Made by a program: the position numbers and the translations under genes
Notes under the pieces: generated by a model
Databases searched by the model: none
Told to the model about the DNA's origin: nothing
The model's input: only the letters and a program-made list of their open reading frames with translations
NCBI GenBank assembly: GCA_944383905.1
Contig: CALWRI010000002.1
Span: 36,913-100,912 of the forward strand
Length of the DNA: 64,000 bases
Source: an uncultured Christensenellaceae bacterium
Lineage (GTDB): Bacteria > Bacillota > Clostridia > Christensenellales > UBA3700
Direction of reading: 5' to 3'
Part shown: positions 42,779-53,115 of the stretch, piece by piece
How positions within the stretch are numbered: position 1 is the stretch's first letter
How the letters are laid out: each line of letters begins with the position of its first letter

Positions 42779-44061
42779 TTCGTTGCCTCCTTTGCCGCGC
42801 GCACGAGATCCGCTCCCGAAGCGCTGATCAGGATTTTTGTACCGAGTCTCTTTTCGAGTTCTTCCACGCTGACTCCGTCGAGGAAGGTATGAGTAAATTC
42901 GCGCAGCATTGCCGAAGGTATCACCGTATATTCCGGCATATCCTTCGCCTGCGCCACGATGTCAGTCGCGGTTATAAGTCCCGCCACGGTTATGCTTGCG
43001 CCGAAGTAGTAGTTTATTATGTCGACGACTCTGAATTTGCAGCGCGGGAAATATTTCCCCACTTTAGCGAGGCACTTTTTGAGTTCGCCCTTGAACGACT
43101 GCCCGGTGATAAAGGCGACTTCTCCTTCTCTCTCGCAGACTTCGAGATCTTTGAGGCTCTCGTCGACCTCTCTTTCGAACGCGCGCACAAGCCCGACGCC
43201 GTTTTCTATCTGCGAAAAATCTCCGTAACTCTCAAACGACGGAAGCGGCAGATCGGCTTTGAGATAAAATTCGTCCGAGCAGTAACAGAACCCGCCGCCG
43301 ACGCTTTTGTCAAATTCTTCCGCCTGCGCAACGACCGTCCTCGCGGTATCCCTGTCTATCGCTTTGAGGTCTTTGAGTCCCTTCCTGTGCCCCGTAAGTC
43401 CGACGGGCACTATCGCGACCGAAGCCACCTGCGGACGCAGTTTTGCAAGCTCTCTCAACGTCTCGTCGAGTATCTCTCCGTCGTTGAGCCCCTTGCAAAG
43501 CACTATCTGCGTATGCATAATTATCCCGTGCGCGGCAAACAGCTTCATCTTCTCAAAGAGGTTCGCGCCTTCGGGATTGGCTATCATCTCGACTTTGCGC
43601 TTTTTGTCGAAGCAATGCACCGAAATATAGAGCGGACTCATGTGGAGCCGGATTATCCTTTCGATCTCCTTTTCTCCGACGTTGGTGAGAGTGACGTAAT
43701 TGCCGCTTACGAAAGAAAGCCTGTAATCGTCGTCCTTGACGTACAGCGTATCTCTCATACCCTTGGGCAGCTGATCCACAAAACAGAATACGCACTTGTT
43801 CCTGCAACGTATGGGCACGAGCTGACCTTCGTCGTCGAATTCGACGCCGATAGGTTCGTCGGGCAATTTTTCCACTTCGCAATCCACGATCTCGCCGTCT
43901 TTCGTGCGTGCGTTTATCGTAAACTTTTCCTGTCCGTCGTAAAAAATATAGTCGAGCACGTCCTCGTAGGGATGAGAATCGAATCCTATTATCTCGTCGC
44001 CCGGCTCAAAGCCGAGTTCCGCCGCGACGCCGTCTTCACGGACTTTTACGATTTTTGGCAT
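42769..44061 (-). CDS. DUF512 domain protein (PDZ plus radical-SAM-like fold)
   Basis: MPKIVKVREDGVAAELGFEPGDEI...CRNKCVFCFVDQLPKGMR. ATG at 44061 has RBS AAAGGAG. It overlaps der by 10 nt. Confidence 0.8.
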   Translation of the reverse strand: MPKIVKVREDGVAAELGFEPGDEIIGFDSHPYEDVLDYIFYDGQEKFTINARTKDGEIVDCEVEKLPDEPIGVEFDDEGQLVPIRCRNKCVFCFVDQLPKGMRDTLYVKDDDYRLSFVSGNYVTLTNVGEKEIERIIRLHMSPLYISVHCFDKKRKVEMIANPEGANLFEKMKLFAAHGIIMHTQIVLCKGLNDGEILDETLRELAKLRPQVASVAIVPVGLTGHRKGLKDLKAIDRDTARTVVAQAEEFDKSVGGGFCYCSDEFYLKADLPLPSFESYGDFSQIENGVGLVRAFEREVDESLKDLEVCEREGEVAFITGQSFKGELKKCLAKVGKYFPRCKFRVVDIINYYFGASITVAGLITATDIVAQAKDMPEYTVIPSAMLREFTHTFLDGVSVEELEKRLGTKILISASGADLVRAAKEATKCR

Positions 44062-44195
44062 AACGTCTCCTTTGCGGGGTTTTACTGTAAAATTATATAA
44101 TATCGCGCGGACAAAGTAAAGCAAGCGCGCGCAAAATATGCAAACGCAAAACAAGCGGGCGACGACGCATCCTCGGCAAGCGCAGAAAACGCATA

Positions 44196-44795
44196 TCAGA
44201 AGACGTCCGTGCCCGTAAAACGCAAAATTCCAGCGTCAAAGCTCTTTTCTGTCCGCAAAGTTCTCCCGTCCACGCCCTGCAAAGCCCTTTGAAGCGCGGT
44301 AAAGAAACACGCCGCGACATGACAGACAATCGCCGCGAAAACTATCTTCTGCGAAAACAAATCCGTCCTCGTCGCAAGTGCGGAATCGGCAAAAAGCGAA
44401 TACGCGTTGCCCGAAACGAAACCGACCGCGAGGGCGAAAGCCGCCGTCTCCCTGCCGCACGCTATCGCGCACAACGCCGCCGCGCACAAAAAACCGCCGT
44501 AATCCGCAAACTCGCCGTAATACGCGCCCTCCGTAAGCGAAGCCGAACAGACAGCGACCGTAGCCGCGCACAACACTGCCGCAACGTCCCTTTTTACCGC
44601 CATCCTGACGACCCCGACGCAGGCGAGAAAGATCGACGAAAGCGCAATCTTTTCCTCTCCGACCGGCTCGAAGCACATAAAAGCGACAAGCAGGCAAAAA
44701 AAGACGAGCTCTCCCGTTCCTTTACCGCTCGCAAGAGTCCTGAATGCCGCGGCGACGATCATTACGAACAACAAAAAAACCGCCGTATACTCCAT
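44196..44795 (-). CDS. hypothetical polytopic membrane protein
   Basis: Ala/Cys/Phe-rich hydrophobic ORF. The start is ambiguous (ATG at 44795 or TTG at 44813) and there is no clear SD. Confidence 0.45.
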   Translation of the reverse strand: MEYTAVFLLFVMIVAAAFRTLASGKGTGELVFFCLLVAFMCFEPVGEEKIALSSIFLACVGVVRMAVKRDVAAVLCAATVAVCSASLTEGAYYGEFADYGGFLCAAALCAIACGRETAAFALAVGFVSGNAYSLFADSALATRTDLFSQKIVFAAIVCHVAACFFTALQRALQGVDGRTLRTEKSFDAGILRFTGTDVF

Positions 44796-44849
44796 ATCGG
44801 TAGTATACGGCAACTTTGCATTTAAGTCCGTGTCAAATTATGGCAAAAG

Positions 44850-45344
44850 TCACTCGACAATCTCGACCGACCCGATGACGACGGGTTGCAGCGGCACGTC
44901 GTCGTAATAGCCGTATCTGCCTGTCGGGACCTGCGAAACCGCGATCGCCACGTCGAGGCTGTCCTTGTCGTCGAGTTTGCCGAACGCCGCATATTCACCG
45001 TCGAGGAACGTGCAGTCGGCTACGCAGATGAAAAACTGCGAGCTCGCGCTGTCCTTGACCTGCGTGCGCGCCATAGACAGCACTCCCGGGACGTGCGAGA
45101 TCGGGTTTTTCACCCCGTTGGACGCAAATTCTCCCTTTATCGACTTTGCTCTTTTTTCTCTGAGATCCGCGCCGAGACCGCCGCCCTGGATCATAAATCC
45201 CGGGATAACGCGGTGAAACACGAGTCCCTCGTAAAATCCCTCGTTCGCGAGTTTTACAAAATTCGCCACCGTAAGCGGCGCCGCGCTCTCGTCGAGAGTC
45301 GCCGTCATGGTCCTGCCGTCTTTGAGTTTGATGACCGCTTTCAT
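44850..45344 (-). CDS. peptidyl-prolyl cis-trans isomerase, cyclophilin type
   Basis: FHRVIPGFMIQGGG...SMARTQVKDSASSQFFI. Confidence 0.9.
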   Translation of the reverse strand: MKAVIKLKDGRTMTATLDESAAPLTVANFVKLANEGFYEGLVFHRVIPGFMIQGGGLGADLREKRAKSIKGEFASNGVKNPISHVPGVLSMARTQVKDSASSQFFICVADCTFLDGEYAAFGKLDDKDSLDVAIAVSQVPTGRYGYYDDVPLQPVVIGSVEIVE

Positions 45345-45367
45345 AATATCTCCTTTTCGTCTTTATG

Positions 45368-45655
45368 TCACAGCTCGAAATCCACGCTGTGAGAGCGCTC
45401 CACGACCGTCTTTGCGTATGCGAGCACGGGCAGATGCACGGGGTGCGAAGCGTATTTTTCAAATTCTTCCCTGTCCTCTATCTCGCAAATCAAAGCAACG
45501 TCATAACTGCGTCCTTCTTTTTTGAAATCCTTGCCCGACCTGATGTCGACGAGTCCCTCTATCCTGCCTTTCATCGACAGAAACTTCGAGATGAGCTCGT
45601 CCGCCTTATCCTTGCAGTCGTCCTTGAGCTTGTACATCACGACGTGAACTATCAT
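45368..45655 (-). CDS. Dabb (stress-responsive alpha/beta barrel) family protein
   Basis: 95 aa: MIVHVVMYKLKD...EFEKYASHPVHL. Confidence 0.8.
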   Translation of the reverse strand: MIVHVVMYKLKDDCKDKADELISKFLSMKGRIEGLVDIRSGKDFKKEGRSYDVALICEIEDREEFEKYASHPVHLPVLAYAKTVVERSHSVDFEL

Positions 45656-46902
45656 TTCGTCTTCTCCTTTTCCTGCGATTTCTTTTCTGTCTTTTCCGCG
45701 GGCGCGGCGACCTTTGCGTCCTCGCGCGCCTTGTTTATCTCGCAGCTTTCCTTGTATATCGTCCTGGCAAAGCCCTCGATCGCTCCCGCGTCGAAGAACT
45801 TGCGCTGATTGTAAAGATACTCCTGCTTGATATTGTTGTTGTTTATGAATCCGAGCACCGCGGTAGCAAGCTGCTCGTCCTTGCCTCCGCGCATCGCGAG
45901 CTGTTCTTCCGCAAGGAAAGTATGGTTGCCCTTTTCGTTGTTGTTAAGGCTTCTTATCAACACGCACGGGATATTTTTTGCAAATATCTCATACATCGTG
46001 ACCGTTGTCGGAGAACATACCATGACGTCGCTGACCGCATAGATCGTGTTCATGTCCGCATTGCCGTTTATCACAAATATGTTCTTGTCGTAATTCTTCG
46101 CCTTGCAGTATGTGAGCACGAATTTTTCGATCGACGAGCTCCCTCCCGTAAGAACTATGAGGTTGAGCCTGTCGGTATAAGCCGACAGAGTCGCGAACGT
46201 ATCCTTGACGTAACTCACCCCGTATCTTCCTCCGCTGATCGTGACCGTGGGTAGATCGTTGGATATGCCGATCTTCTCCCTCGCCTCGTCCGCGGGAACG
46301 TCGACGAGCCTCTCCTCGTCGATAAGCGTGCCGCATACGGAGATCTTCTGCTCGTCCACCTTGTTGGCGATGAGCGCCTGTTTGATGACTTCGTTCTGCA
46401 CGAAATAGCCGTCGCTCTGATAGTTGATATACGCTTTGTTCAGAGAAAAATCGGTGAGGAGCGCATAGACCCTGACGTCGTTCATTGCAAGTCTCTGCTT
46501 TGCGAGTATCGCCTTGTTGTGCGCCTTCGGAGAGAGGCAGAGCACGATCTCCGGCTCGAAGCGCATAAATACATTGTCCACCTTGTGGAACTTCTGGCGG
46601 TAATTCCTCAACGGAGTCTCCTCTTTGGGATGGCTTTCGTAAGGTTTGACCGTCTTGTCGATCTTCTTTGGCAAAAATTTTTCTCTGACGAGAACCGCCA
46701 CCCTGTTGAGCCACGCCATATTGCGCGCGGTAAAGACATAGGTCTTGCGCACGAACATCGAAGAACGCAGATTGCTGTACTCGTCTTCGTCTATCGCTAT
46801 GACGTCGCAATCCTTGTAGCGCTTTTCTATATAATTGGCAATGTCTTTGGCTACCGTATCGTACATGCCTTTGGTATAAAGAATAACGATTGTCTTTTTC
46901 AT
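45652..46902 (-). CDS. glycosyltransferase, MGDG-synthase/UgtP-like (divergent), with a Lys/Glu-rich tail
   Basis: 416-aa ORF whose overall layout resembles diacylglycerol glycosyltransferases. Motif support is weak. Confidence 0.5.
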   Translation of the reverse strand: MKKTIVILYTKGMYDTVAKDIANYIEKRYKDCDVIAIDEDEYSNLRSSMFVRKTYVFTARNMAWLNRVAVLVREKFLPKKIDKTVKPYESHPKEETPLRNYRQKFHKVDNVFMRFEPEIVLCLSPKAHNKAILAKQRLAMNDVRVYALLTDFSLNKAYINYQSDGYFVQNEVIKQALIANKVDEQKISVCGTLIDEERLVDVPADEAREKIGISNDLPTVTISGGRYGVSYVKDTFATLSAYTDRLNLIVLTGGSSSIEKFVLTYCKAKNYDKNIFVINGNADMNTIYAVSDVMVCSPTTVTMYEIFAKNIPCVLIRSLNNNEKGNHTFLAEEQLAMRGGKDEQLATAVLGFINNNNIKQEYLYNQRKFFDAGAIEGFARTIYKESCEINKAREDAKVAAPAEKTEKKSQEKEKTK

Positions 46903-46903
46903 C

Positions 46904-48130
46904 TCACACCTTCTTCCTCAAAATATCGTCTTTGCCGAGCGCATACCCGGTCGGAATATACAAAGTCTGCTGCACGAGTTTCGCGTCAGACACGGCGTTG
47001 CCGTTTTCGTCGTATATCTCTTTCACTTCGAGCGTTTTGCCGAAATACCTGTCGTCCGGAGAAAGTATCTCGAGAGTATCTCCGACGCGAAAGCGGTTTC
47101 TCATCTCGACGGCAACGCCCTTTTTCTCGTCGTAACCTTTGACCAGCGCGATGAATTCGTAGTCGCATTCCGGTTGCGAAGTATCGGTACATACGCTGTC
47201 CTTCTCTCCGAAATAAAATCCGGTCGTATAGTCGCGGTGACTGTTCTTTTCAAGCTCCGCCGAAAGCAGAGGCGGCACCTTGTAATTCTTATCCGCGGCA
47301 AAGCCGTCTATCGCCTTGCGGTAGGCGTTGACCACGCTCGCGACGTAATACTGGGACTTCATTCTCCCTTCGATCTTGAATGAATACACCCCGCTGTCTA
47401 CAAGCTCTCCGATATGTTCGAGCATATTGAGGTCCTTGCTGTTGAGAATGTAAGTGCCTCTGTCGTCTTCGAACACGGGAAGTCTCTGACCTTTACGGTT
47501 CTTCTCCGTTATCTCGTATTCCCAACGGCACGCCTGCACACAGTCGCCCCTGTTACCGCTCCTGCCCGCAAGCACTGCGGAAAGCAGACATCTGCCGCTG
47601 TACGATATACACATCGCTCCGTGCACGAACGCCTCTATCTGCACGTCGTCAGGGAGATAATCCCTGATCTCCCTGATCTCGGCAAGGCTCGTTTCTCTTG
47701 CCAGCACTATGCGCTTCGCGCCCTGATCCGCCCAGAATTTAGCGGCGTATTTGTTTGTCGTGTTCGCCTGCGTGGAAATGTGTATCTCCAACACGGGCGC
47801 GTATTTTTTGCAAAACTCTATCACACCGGGATCGGTGACGATAACGCCGTCGACCCCTATTTCCTGTAGGTAAGCGAGATATTCCGGCAGCGCCGCGAAA
47901 TCGTCGTTTTTAGCAAACACGTTGACCGCGACGTATATCTTTTTGCCCCTCTCTCCGACGTATCGGCATGCTTCTTTCAGCTGTTCGCGCGAAAAGTTTT
48001 TCGCGTTTGCCCTCAAAGAAAAGTTACTGCCGCCGACATACACCGCGTCCGCCCCGAAATGCAGCGCGGTCTTGAGCTTTTCGAAATCCCCCGCGGGAGC
48101 GAGAAGTTCCGTCTTTACAGTTTCACACAT
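46904..48130 (-). CDS. peptidase U32-family protein (possible RNA hydroxylase, TrhP/RlhA type)
   Basis: ELLAPAGDFEKLKTALHFGADAVYVGG...AFVHGAMCISYSGRCLLS. Confidence 0.88.
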   Translation of the reverse strand: MCETVKTELLAPAGDFEKLKTALHFGADAVYVGGSNFSLRANAKNFSREQLKEACRYVGERGKKIYVAVNVFAKNDDFAALPEYLAYLQEIGVDGVIVTDPGVIEFCKKYAPVLEIHISTQANTTNKYAAKFWADQGAKRIVLARETSLAEIREIRDYLPDDVQIEAFVHGAMCISYSGRCLLSAVLAGRSGNRGDCVQACRWEYEITEKNRKGQRLPVFEDDRGTYILNSKDLNMLEHIGELVDSGVYSFKIEGRMKSQYYVASVVNAYRKAIDGFAADKNYKVPPLLSAELEKNSHRDYTTGFYFGEKDSVCTDTSQPECDYEFIALVKGYDEKKGVAVEMRNRFRVGDTLEILSPDDRYFGKTLEVKEIYDENGNAVSDAKLVQQTLYIPTGYALGKDDILRKKV

Positions 48131-48735
48131 ACAGCTGTGCCGTCCTCCGTATCGTATATCGTTGTGTCGAACTTGTCCTTGTCCTGTATCTTTTTCAGGA
48201 ACGCGCGCATATTCACGACGATCGTTCTGTGTTTGTGCGGCGGATAAGCGTCCCCTTTTACGAGCCCGAGATAGTATACGTTGTCCGCAAACACGGCTCC
48301 TCCTCTTTCGAGAGAAGGATAAACCGCGTCGAGATAATCCGAGTACCTGCTCTTCGCCGCGTCTATGAAGACGAAACCGTATCCGTGCTTTGTCGCAAGC
48401 TTCGGCACGATTTCGTCAGCGTCTCCGAGATACGCGTTTATCCTGTCGTCAAGTCCCGTTGCTTTCCAGAACTCGCGCGCCCTTTTCAGCCTTTCGGGAT
48501 CCTTTTCGACCGTATCCACGATCGCTCCCGTCTCCGCCGCGAGCCACGCGGTTGAAAACCCGATCGCGGTGCCGATCTCGAGCACTCTTTCGCACTTCGT
48601 CTTTTTCGCTGCATCGAGCAGCAGTTTCAGACTTTCGGGACGTATGACGGGGACGTGCTCCTCCCTCGCCTGCGCCTCGTAAGAAGGGCTCAACTCGCGC
48701 AATTTTTTCCCGCATTCGGAATGACAAGACATCAC
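48115..48735 (-). CDS. class I SAM-dependent O-methyltransferase (YrrM/TrmR-like)
   Basis: RVLEIGTAIGFST...FVFIDAAKSRY. It has an ATGA overlap with the rnj stop. Confidence 0.85.
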   Translation of the reverse strand: MMSCHSECGKKLRELSPSYEAQAREEHVPVIRPESLKLLLDAAKKTKCERVLEIGTAIGFSTAWLAAETGAIVDTVEKDPERLKRAREFWKATGLDDRINAYLGDADEIVPKLATKHGYGFVFIDAAKSRYSDYLDAVYPSLERGGAVFADNVYYLGLVKGDAYPPHKHRTIVVNMRAFLKKIQDKDKFDTTIYDTEDGTAVCVKL

Positions 48736-50390
48736 TCTACCTCTGTGATGATGGGCAGGATCATAGGTCTTTGCTTTAACTTTGCGGAGATATATCTCTC
48801 CGTCTGACGGCGGAGCGCCGACTTGAGTTTGCCCCTGTCCTTCGCGCCTTTGTAATCCGCCTTCTCCACGGTCGTGCAGATAATCTCCTTTATCGGTTCG
48901 ACGTGTTCCTCCGCGATCTGCAATCCGCGCGTGATGATCTCCGGCGGCGCGAGAAGCGACGAAGTCTCGAGACCTATTGTGACGAGAAGTATCACAAAGC
49001 CGTCGTTGCTCAACTGCTGACGGTCGCGAAGCACGAGATTGTCCACGTCCACGAGTCCGTCGACGTAAACGTTGCCAGCAGTGACAGTACCCGTCTTTAC
49101 CAGCTTTTTCTGTTTGAGTTCAAAGCAGTCTCCGATCTCAGGGATCCTGATGTTATCCTCTCTCATACCCAGTCTTTCCGCAAGTTCCTGGTGCAGTTTG
49201 AGATGTCTGTATTCGCCGTGCACGGGTATGAAATACTGCGGATGAATAAGCCTTTGCATGAGTTTGAGCTCTTCCTTGCATGCGTGACCGGAAACGTGCA
49301 GTTCGGCAAGCGAACCGTAAAGCACCCTCGCACCGCGCTTGCAGAGATTGTTGATGACGTTGTAGATCATCTTCTCGTTGCCGGGTATCGGCGACGAAGA
49401 GATTACAACGACGTCCTGTCTGCCGACGCTGACCTTGTCGTCTCCCGACGCCATACGGGTCAGAGCGCTCATCGGCTCTCCCTGTGATCCCGTAGTGATT
49501 ATGCACAGTTCGCCCGGAGCGTATCTTCCTATCTTTTCTATATCGACGATCGTACCGTTGTCCGCGTTCATAATGCCGAGCTTGGTCGCGATCTCGCTGA
49601 TATTTTTCATGCTTCTGCCGTTGAAAGCGACCTTGCGGTTGTACTTCTGGCAGATGTTGATTATCTGTTGGATCCTGTTGACGTTGGAAGCAAAAGTCGC
49701 AATGATTATCCTGCTGTCGGTATTGGCGGATACGATCTTGTCAAGCGTTTCTCCGACCTTCTGCTCGCTCATCGTGTAGCCGTCGCGCTCCACGTTTGTG
49801 GATTCTCCGAGCATTATTTTGACGCCCTTTTCGCCTATTGCCGCAAGACGCGGGAGATCTATGCTTTCTCCCGAAAGCGGAGTGTGGTCCACCTTGAAGT
49901 CTCCCGTATGGAACACGACTCCTACGGGAGTGTTTATCGCAAGCGCGTATGCTCCCGAAATACTGTGCGTCACCCTCACGAATTCGACGTCGAAGCAGCC
50001 GATGTTTTTCGTCTCTCCGCCCTTGACGGTGACGAGCTTGGGAGAAGTTATCCCGTGTTCTTTGAATTTGTTTTTGACAAGCGCGAGAGTCAGGTCGCTG
50101 CCGTAAATCCTGACGTTTTCCAGCCTGTCTTTTACGAGGTACGGCACGCCGCCGATATGATCCTCGTGTCCGTGCGTAAGCACGATGCCCTTTATTTTGT
50201 CTATATTCTCGTCAATATACGAAAAGTCGGGAACAATCAGATCCACTCCCGGCGTATCGTAAGTTCCGAACATACAACCGCAATCCACGATGAGTATGTT
50301 GTCGCCGTACTCGATCGCGGTCATGTTCTTGCCTATTTCGCCCACGCCGCCGAGAAAGACGACTTTGAGCGATTTGTATTTTTTCGCCAT
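48732..50390 (-). CDS. rnj: ribonuclease J
   Basis: LKVVFLGGVGEIGKNMTAIEYG...THGHEDHIGG. ATG at 50390 has RBS GGAGG. Confidence 0.92.
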   Translation of the reverse strand: MAKKYKSLKVVFLGGVGEIGKNMTAIEYGDNILIVDCGCMFGTYDTPGVDLIVPDFSYIDENIDKIKGIVLTHGHEDHIGGVPYLVKDRLENVRIYGSDLTLALVKNKFKEHGITSPKLVTVKGGETKNIGCFDVEFVRVTHSISGAYALAINTPVGVVFHTGDFKVDHTPLSGESIDLPRLAAIGEKGVKIMLGESTNVERDGYTMSEQKVGETLDKIVSANTDSRIIIATFASNVNRIQQIINICQKYNRKVAFNGRSMKNISEIATKLGIMNADNGTIVDIEKIGRYAPGELCIITTGSQGEPMSALTRMASGDDKVSVGRQDVVVISSSPIPGNEKMIYNVINNLCKRGARVLYGSLAELHVSGHACKEELKLMQRLIHPQYFIPVHGEYRHLKLHQELAERLGMREDNIRIPEIGDCFELKQKKLVKTGTVTAGNVYVDGLVDVDNLVLRDRQQLSNDGFVILLVTIGLETSSLLAPPEIITRGLQIAEEHVEPIKEIICTTVEKADYKGAKDRGKLKSALRRQTERYISAKLKQRPMILPIITEVE

Positions 50391-50502
50391 TAAATCCTCC
50401 GGATTATTCGATCGCGCGTCATAGCGCGCATAATAATACAAATATATTATAATTAAATAGTATCCATCTGTCAATAAATAACGCCGCAGACAATTTCCTG
50501 AC

Positions 50503-50560
50503 TTGAAAAGTCGAGTCTGTTTTTGTATAATATTGACAAATCCGAAATATTAAGTATAAT
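50503..50560 (+). promoter_or_regulatory. two tandem sigma-A-like promoters upstream of the third zinc-ribbon gene
   Basis: TTGAAA-17-TATAAT (50503-50531) and TTGACA-16-TATAAT (50533-50560). Confidence 0.55.
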
Positions 50561-50583
50561 ATTAATTAATACGGAGGTGTGAA

Positions 50584-51090
50584 ATGACCGAAGAAGAAAA
50601 AATAAAGACCGAAGAAGAAATCAAGGCTAAACACGAAAAAACCAAAAAGAAACTCAAAGCGGTGGGAATAACCCTGATTTCCGTTGGGGTCGTATGCCTT
50701 ATTACGGGATTTGTCAATATGGCAATGTCGGTATCTGCAGGCAATATGCCTACATTGTTTTTCTTGCTGATATTGGGTTTCCCGATGACGGGTGTGGGCA
50801 TTATGCTCACTCTGATGGGCTTCCGCAGAGAGCTAGCAAGCTATACGATGCACGAGAGCGCTCCCGTTTTCAACGAAGCGGGAAAAACAATACGCCCGGG
50901 AGTCAGCGCTATAGCGGACGCGGTAAAGAATTCGGATGATAAAGTATGCCCTGCTTGCGGCGCGCTCAACGACAAAGACAGCGCTTTCTGCAAAAAATGC
51001 GGCGCTCCCCTTTCCAAAAAATGCCCGGATTGCGGAGCAGAGCTGGACGCAGACGCGGCTTTCTGCGACAAGTGCGGCAAAAAACTCTGA
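50584..51090 (+). CDS. membrane protein with a C-terminal double zinc ribbon (third copy of this architecture)
   Basis: Charged N-terminus, 2 TM helices, then CPACGALNDKDSAFCKKCGAPLSKKCPDCGAELDADAAFCDKCG. RBS is GGAGGTG. Confidence 0.7.
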   Translation: MTEEEKIKTEEEIKAKHEKTKKKLKAVGITLISVGVVCLITGFVNMAMSVSAGNMPTLFFLLILGFPMTGVGIMLTLMGFRRELASYTMHESAPVFNEAGKTIRPGVSAIADAVKNSDDKVCPACGALNDKDSAFCKKCGAPLSKKCPDCGAELDADAAFCDKCGKKL

Positions 51091-51098
51091 AAGACAAA

Positions 51099-51130
51099 TT
51101 TCTCCCCGCGATCTTCGGGGAGAATTTTTA
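51099..51130 (+). terminator. rho-independent terminator
   Basis: TTCTCCCC-gcgatcttc-GGGGAGAA followed by TTTTTA. Confidence 0.75.
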
Positions 51131-51162
51131 TACTTTTATGCAGAACTTTCAGTTGTAAAAAT

Positions 51163-51876
51163 TCACAAACACAACCCGAACCGCTTTGAGTCGAGCGCGA
51201 CGTCGGCGTTTGTCAGGTAGTAGGAAGACAGCGTCCCTATATCCGACCAATAGCAATCTGTTTTCATTGCGGACATCTTGCCTACAAGCCTTGGAAACAA
51301 GTCTTTCGCAAAGTCGTATTTTTCACCTTTCGGCACCAATTCAAGAGCCGCTTTGTCCATAACGTACACCCCTATATTTACTATATCCGAAGATGGCGCT
51401 TCGGGTTTTTCTTCAAAACGCAACACTTTGCCGTTTGCGTCCGTCACTACGGTTCCGAAGGCGGTCGGGTCTTCCACTTTTTTTACGGCCATTGTCACGA
51501 GAGCTTGGCTTTTTTTGTGGAATTTTATTAATTCGTCATAATCTATGTCGGTGAACGCGTCTCCGCTCACCACGAGAAAGGGACCATCGTCGTTCTCCGT
51601 TGCGGCGGCAACTCCGCCTGCAGTCCCGAGAGGCGACTTTTCGATGAAATAATTGATTTTTACGCCGTATTTCAAGCCGTTTTTGAAGTGCCGAGTGATC
51701 ACGCCCGGACGATAGCACAAAGTCATCGATATATCGGTTATACCGTATCTTCTGAGGTGCTCTACTGTGTATTCAAGCACCGGTTTGTCTATAATTTTCA
51801 CCATAGGTTTGGGGATCCTGTCGGTCAGAGGACGCAATCTGCTCCCGACCCCGCCAGCCATTATCACAGCTTTCAT
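51163..51876 (-). CDS. sugar-phosphate nucleotidyltransferase
   Basis: MKAVIMAGGVGSRLRPLTDRIPKPMV. Confidence 0.85.
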   Translation of the reverse strand: MKAVIMAGGVGSRLRPLTDRIPKPMVKIIDKPVLEYTVEHLRRYGITDISMTLCYRPGVITRHFKNGLKYGVKINYFIEKSPLGTAGGVAAATENDDGPFLVVSGDAFTDIDYDELIKFHKKSQALVTMAVKKVEDPTAFGTVVTDANGKVLRFEEKPEAPSSDIVNIGVYVMDKAALELVPKGEKYDFAKDLFPRLVGKMSAMKTDCYWSDIGTLSSYYLTNADVALDSKRFGLCL

Positions 51877-52029
51877 ATCTTCCTCCCGCGGATTTTTGAT
51901 AGTATATAGAAAAATTTAGCAAAATATTCACAAACTACCGTCAAAAGTTGTTGCGCGCGCGAGTGCTTGAGAGTATAATTATATATATTAAATTTATTAT
52001 AATAATTATTTTATAAAGGAAGGATATAT

Positions 52030-53103
52030 ATGAGAGCTTACAATTTTTCCGCAGGTCCCTCGATGCTCCCGCTCGAGGTTCTGCGACAGGCACAAGCGGA
52101 CTTCGTCGACTACCAGGGTTGCGGCATGAGCGTTACCGAAATGAGCCACCGCAGCAAACAGTACGACGCCATTCATCAGGAATGCCTCACTCTTCTCAAA
52201 GAGTTGATGAACGTCCCCGACAACTACAAGATCCTGCTGGTTCAGGGCGGTGCTTCGCAACAGTTTGACGCTATCCCGCTCAACCTCCTGACCGGTTCCG
52301 GAGTTGCGGATTACGTCGTAACGGGCAACTTTGCTAAAAAGGCGTACAAGGCGGCAAAGCCTTTCGGCGACATCCGTCTCGCGGCTTCCTCCGAAGACAA
52401 GACCTACACCTACATTCCCAAGAAGCTCAACCTCTCCGACAATGCAGACTATCTGTACATAACGCAGAACAACACTATCTTCGGCACCCGTTATACAACC
52501 CTGCCCGTTCCCAAAAGCGGCGTACTCGTCTCCGACGTCTCCTCCAACATATTGAGCGAGGAGATGGACGTCAGCAAATACGGTGTCATGTATGCAGGCG
52601 CGCAAAAGAATGTTGCTCCCGCAGGCGTCACCATAATCATCGTACGCGAGGATCTCATCGGCAAAGAGCAGGCGATATGTCCGACCATGCTCAAATGGAG
52701 CACGCAGGCGGACGCGGACAGCCTTTACAACACTCCCCCCTGCTTCTCGATCTACATGGCAATGCTCAACCTGCGTCATCTCAAAAAGTTTGGCGGCGTA
52801 AAGGAGATCCAGAAGGTCAACGAATACAAGGCGGGATTGCTGTACGATTTCATCGACAACAGCTCTTTCTATCACAACTACGTCAACAAAGAAGACCGCT
52901 CCATGATGAACGTGCCTTTCGTGACGGGAGACAAGGATCTCGACGCGAAATTCGTATCCGAAGCGGCAAAGAACGGTCTCCTTTCGATAAAGGGTCACAA
53001 ACTCGTCGGCGGCATGCGCGCTTCCATATACAACGCAATGCCCGTCGAAGGCGTCAAAGCTCTTATCGAGTTCATGAAGAAGTTCGAACTTGAAAACAAG
53101 TAA
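52030..53103 (+). CDS. serC: phosphoserine aminotransferase
   Basis: MRAYNFSAGPSMLPLEVL...GAQKNVAPAG...GGMRASIYNAMP. Confidence 0.92.
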   Translation: MRAYNFSAGPSMLPLEVLRQAQADFVDYQGCGMSVTEMSHRSKQYDAIHQECLTLLKELMNVPDNYKILLVQGGASQQFDAIPLNLLTGSGVADYVVTGNFAKKAYKAAKPFGDIRLAASSEDKTYTYIPKKLNLSDNADYLYITQNNTIFGTRYTTLPVPKSGVLVSDVSSNILSEEMDVSKYGVMYAGAQKNVAPAGVTIIIVREDLIGKEQAICPTMLKWSTQADADSLYNTPPCFSIYMAMLNLRHLKKFGGVKEIQKVNEYKAGLLYDFIDNSSFYHNYVNKEDRSMMNVPFVTGDKDLDAKFVSEAAKNGLLSIKGHKLVGGMRASIYNAMPVEGVKALIEFMKKFELENK

Positions 53104-53115
53104 GCAGGTGAAATC

